A DNA stretch of 63,702 nucleotides, the filler included, from Saprolegnia diclina VS20 (lineage: Eukaryota), in the NCBI RefSeq assembly GCF_000281045.1. It is 5 parts of 2 records of this genome, joined end to end, with 100 filler letters (N's around TTAATTAATTAA, not from the genome) between each part and the next. Parts side by side here need not be neighbours in the genome. Positions count along the whole stretch, not along the records: positions 55,002 to 63,702 come from NW_008246121.1; 4 more parts are not named here. One strand, given 5' to 3'. Below, one piece after another: positions 61,353 to 63,702 of the stretch (position 1 is the stretch's first letter; each line of letters opens with the position of its first letter). A program made the translations under genes and the position numbers. Below the pieces are notes generated by a model that saw only the letters and a list, made by a program, of their open reading frames with translations, did not search any database and was not told the DNA's origin.

Positions 61353-62509
61353 ATGGACCGCAGCATAATGATGGCGGTAGCCGCCTCATCGTGCTGCTCT
61401 GGTAGACACCGGCGCGCCGTGCGGCTGGCAGCGTTGCGCGCATGGACGCGGCTGTGGTTGCCGGCGTCGACATCCACGGCCAACAGATCCATGCCAACCT
61501 GCACACGCCGCGCGCCCACACCTCCATGCCGCCGAGGTCTGTCCTCTCTCGCCTCGACTTCATCGCTCATCGCTCTAGCAGGCGTCGCTCCTGCATCAAT
61601 GCGCCGCTCGTGTCGACGTGGCGGTGCGGGATGCGGTACACGCAAGGTTTGCTTGGACGATGGCCAGCGACTCGCGATAGTAGGCAGGATATACGCCGTG
61701 GCTACAGGCGATTCAAAGGCAGTGCTTGCCGCTTGTCCAAGCGCTTCTGCCGCATGTCGACGTCAATGCTGCTCTCGACGACATACCTGATTGCGCCTAC
61801 GCCCATGCCTTTGGGGTCGACACCGTGTTCTCCGCTCCATGCTCGCCTTTCGAAGCTCCTTCGTGGTTGACGTCAGCGATGCAGTGGCCCGCGTCCTATC
61901 GCTATGTACCGCTCCATGGGCGAATTGAAAGGGACGAGAACGCTGTATCTGTAGAGACATGGGATGACGCCACTCATGCTCGCATGCCTGAGCAACAACC
62001 TGTCGATGGTCCAAATGTTGCTGTCGTGCTCGACGTTGGATCTCAACGCGGCCGATAATGTGCGTCCTCTCTCGCACGCTGGCAATGTTGGACTATTGCA
62101 TGTGTCTTTGACTAGATCGGACACACGGCGCTTCTGTACTCGACAAGCGACGATGCCGTACTGCGTCTCTGTACGGACGCCCGGCTCGACGTGACGCGGC
62201 ACCACAGTGTATGTAGTACTACGCATTCCCCTTCGTATACATCATATTTATCATTAGACACAAGGGACTGCGATTGAGGTCGTGGGCCGCCGCGGCAACA
62301 AGCCCGCTACGATCGTCGTGCTGCAGCGACTCTTGGGCGCACGTCATCGCAACCTGCCACCCGACGCCGTCGGCGCGATCGCCACCTTCTTTGTCTACGC
62401 GCCAGGCATGGGCTCACACCCAGGTTTTCCCGTGATAGAGTTGTTCGCCCCAAACCCAAACGAGATCTGGGAAGACCAGATTGACTCTATTCTATCGTTC
62501 CTGCCGTAA
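61353..62509 (+). CDS. Ankyrin-repeat protein (multi-exon; start uncertain)
   Basis: Exons give GYTPWLQAIQRQCLPLVQALLPHVDVNA, GMTPLMLACLSNNLSMVQMLL...DLNAADN, GHTALLY and a C-terminal LPPDAVGAIATF. Confidence 0.65.
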
Positions 62510-63079
62510 TATTCCATATATTGTCCTTGTATCTTTGTCTCTTTGCCGCCGACGGCAAAGCCTGGACTTTATGTGTCGTCATGGGCGACCACAAGCGCCA
62601 CGGGGGGCTACGGAAGAGCAAGACGAGCCCTCTCGCCGCCGCCTGCGCAGCCACGCCCGGTGAGCGAATGAAGAAGTACTAGTAGCAGATTGCTCGTCTC
62701 TACAAATGCCAAGTCTTTGTACGAAACACGTGTGTATGTTCCTTGTATGGTCAGGCGCGAGGCTAGTTGATTCACAGCGCCAAGTACTCCTACGCCTCGA
62801 TAGATGTTGCCGCGATGACTGCTCTTTGCACCCAGTCCATGTCAGACGAATCGTCTTCACGGGGCTATTCAGCGTATGGGAGGTGACGTGGGTGAGAGCA
62901 GAGAAAGGCTTGAGGTCGTGTTGTGCTCTCCGCCAAGGACGGCCAAAGCGAGAGACCGAGCGCGCGCTTGGCGGCCGGAGTACCCATGAGAGTGCTTCTA
63001 CGCGCGTGCTTCCAGCGTATCCGCTTCGCGCCTCTCCAATATTGCATGCGAAATCGCACGTCAGACCGCCACGTGTATG

Positions 63080-63152
63080 GCGTGTGATTGGCGATTGCTT
63101 TTAGTCCAGTGGGATTGGCCAAAATATGGGACAAACACGGCGTGTGATTGGA
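63080..63152. promoter_or_regulatory. Clustered CCAAT boxes (TGATTGG)
   Basis: GCGTGTGATTGG occurs twice (about 63080 and 63140) with GGATTGG between them; probably the promoter of a gene near the window end. Confidence 0.4.
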
Positions 63153-63702
63153 CGACATATTTAATTGCTGCACAAATCACGATCCGGCACGAGCACGACG
63201 ACGAGCGACGAGCGCGGAGCCTGCATACGGACGAGCAGGAAGCGCTCGGCGGCGCCGATCGAGGCCGACTCGACGAGCGCTTGCTAGTGGCTGCCCCATG
63301 AGGCCATGACGGAGGTCACGTGCACTGCCGAGGCGTCGGTGCCGGCTGCCCGTCCATGGAAGCAAGGAGCAAATATACATGTAGGAATGTCCCTCAATCG
63401 TAGCGACGAACCGGCTGACGATTACCGAGCGGCTGAAGCTGCGCATTGCCTGCATTGCCGCGCAGGACTCGCTCGTCATGGCTGCGGCGGCGATCCCGCC
63501 ATTGTCGTGGTACGGGCCTGGATTGCCCAAGCTGATAGAGACGCTGCCATCACTCGCAGCCGTCGAACCGCACTGCCACGTGCCATCTGTGCGACGCTCG
63601 GTCGCATTGCACTCGACTTGGGAGAGAAGTTGGAGCGAGCAGCGCCGGACCCAAGACCATCTGTTTCACAACCCACACAGTTGACTTTGCACTTTGACAC
63701 CA

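Noticed and set aside
63190..63702. Possible start of a spliced plus-strand gene at the window end
   Set aside because: Splice-like signals and CCAAT boxes exist, but no recognisable product or reliable start.

Overview
Eukaryotic, GC-rich, gene-dense genomic DNA with many very short (about 35-70 nt) GT-AG introns. The gene content (elicitin-like proteins, START-FYVE protein, ankyrin-TRP channels, TKL kinases, flagellar CFAP52) and INR/FPR-type core promoters point to an oomycete, probably Saprolegniales; this is inference. The window has five assembly gaps, four containing an artificial TTAATTAATTAA linker. From left to right: a head-to-head pair of ankyrin/TRP-like channel paralogs, a GPI-type double elicitin-like protein, two tandem amino-acid permeases, an alpha/beta-hydrolase, a secreted LRR protein with 12 phase-2 introns, a START-FYVE protein, a divergent pair of elicitin-like/Cys-rich mucin-like proteins, a CDF metal transporter and a Raf-like TKL kinase. 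A compact housekeeping-type block follows: CFAP52, phospholipase B-like, urease, RAD7-like LRR, ACT-domain kinase, M17 aminopeptidase, HSF and importin-5. The right end holds a small basic protein, a USP47-like fragment with an in-frame stop, two ankyrin proteins and a C2 + tandem pseudokinase. No RNA genes, CRISPR arrays or intact transposons were recognised. I found no clear novel multi-gene system. The best leads are the C2-double pseudokinase, the one-LRR-per-exon gene, the partly homogenised TRP pair and the 4-Cys elicitin-like fusions. Coordinates of spliced genes are whole-gene spans read by eye.
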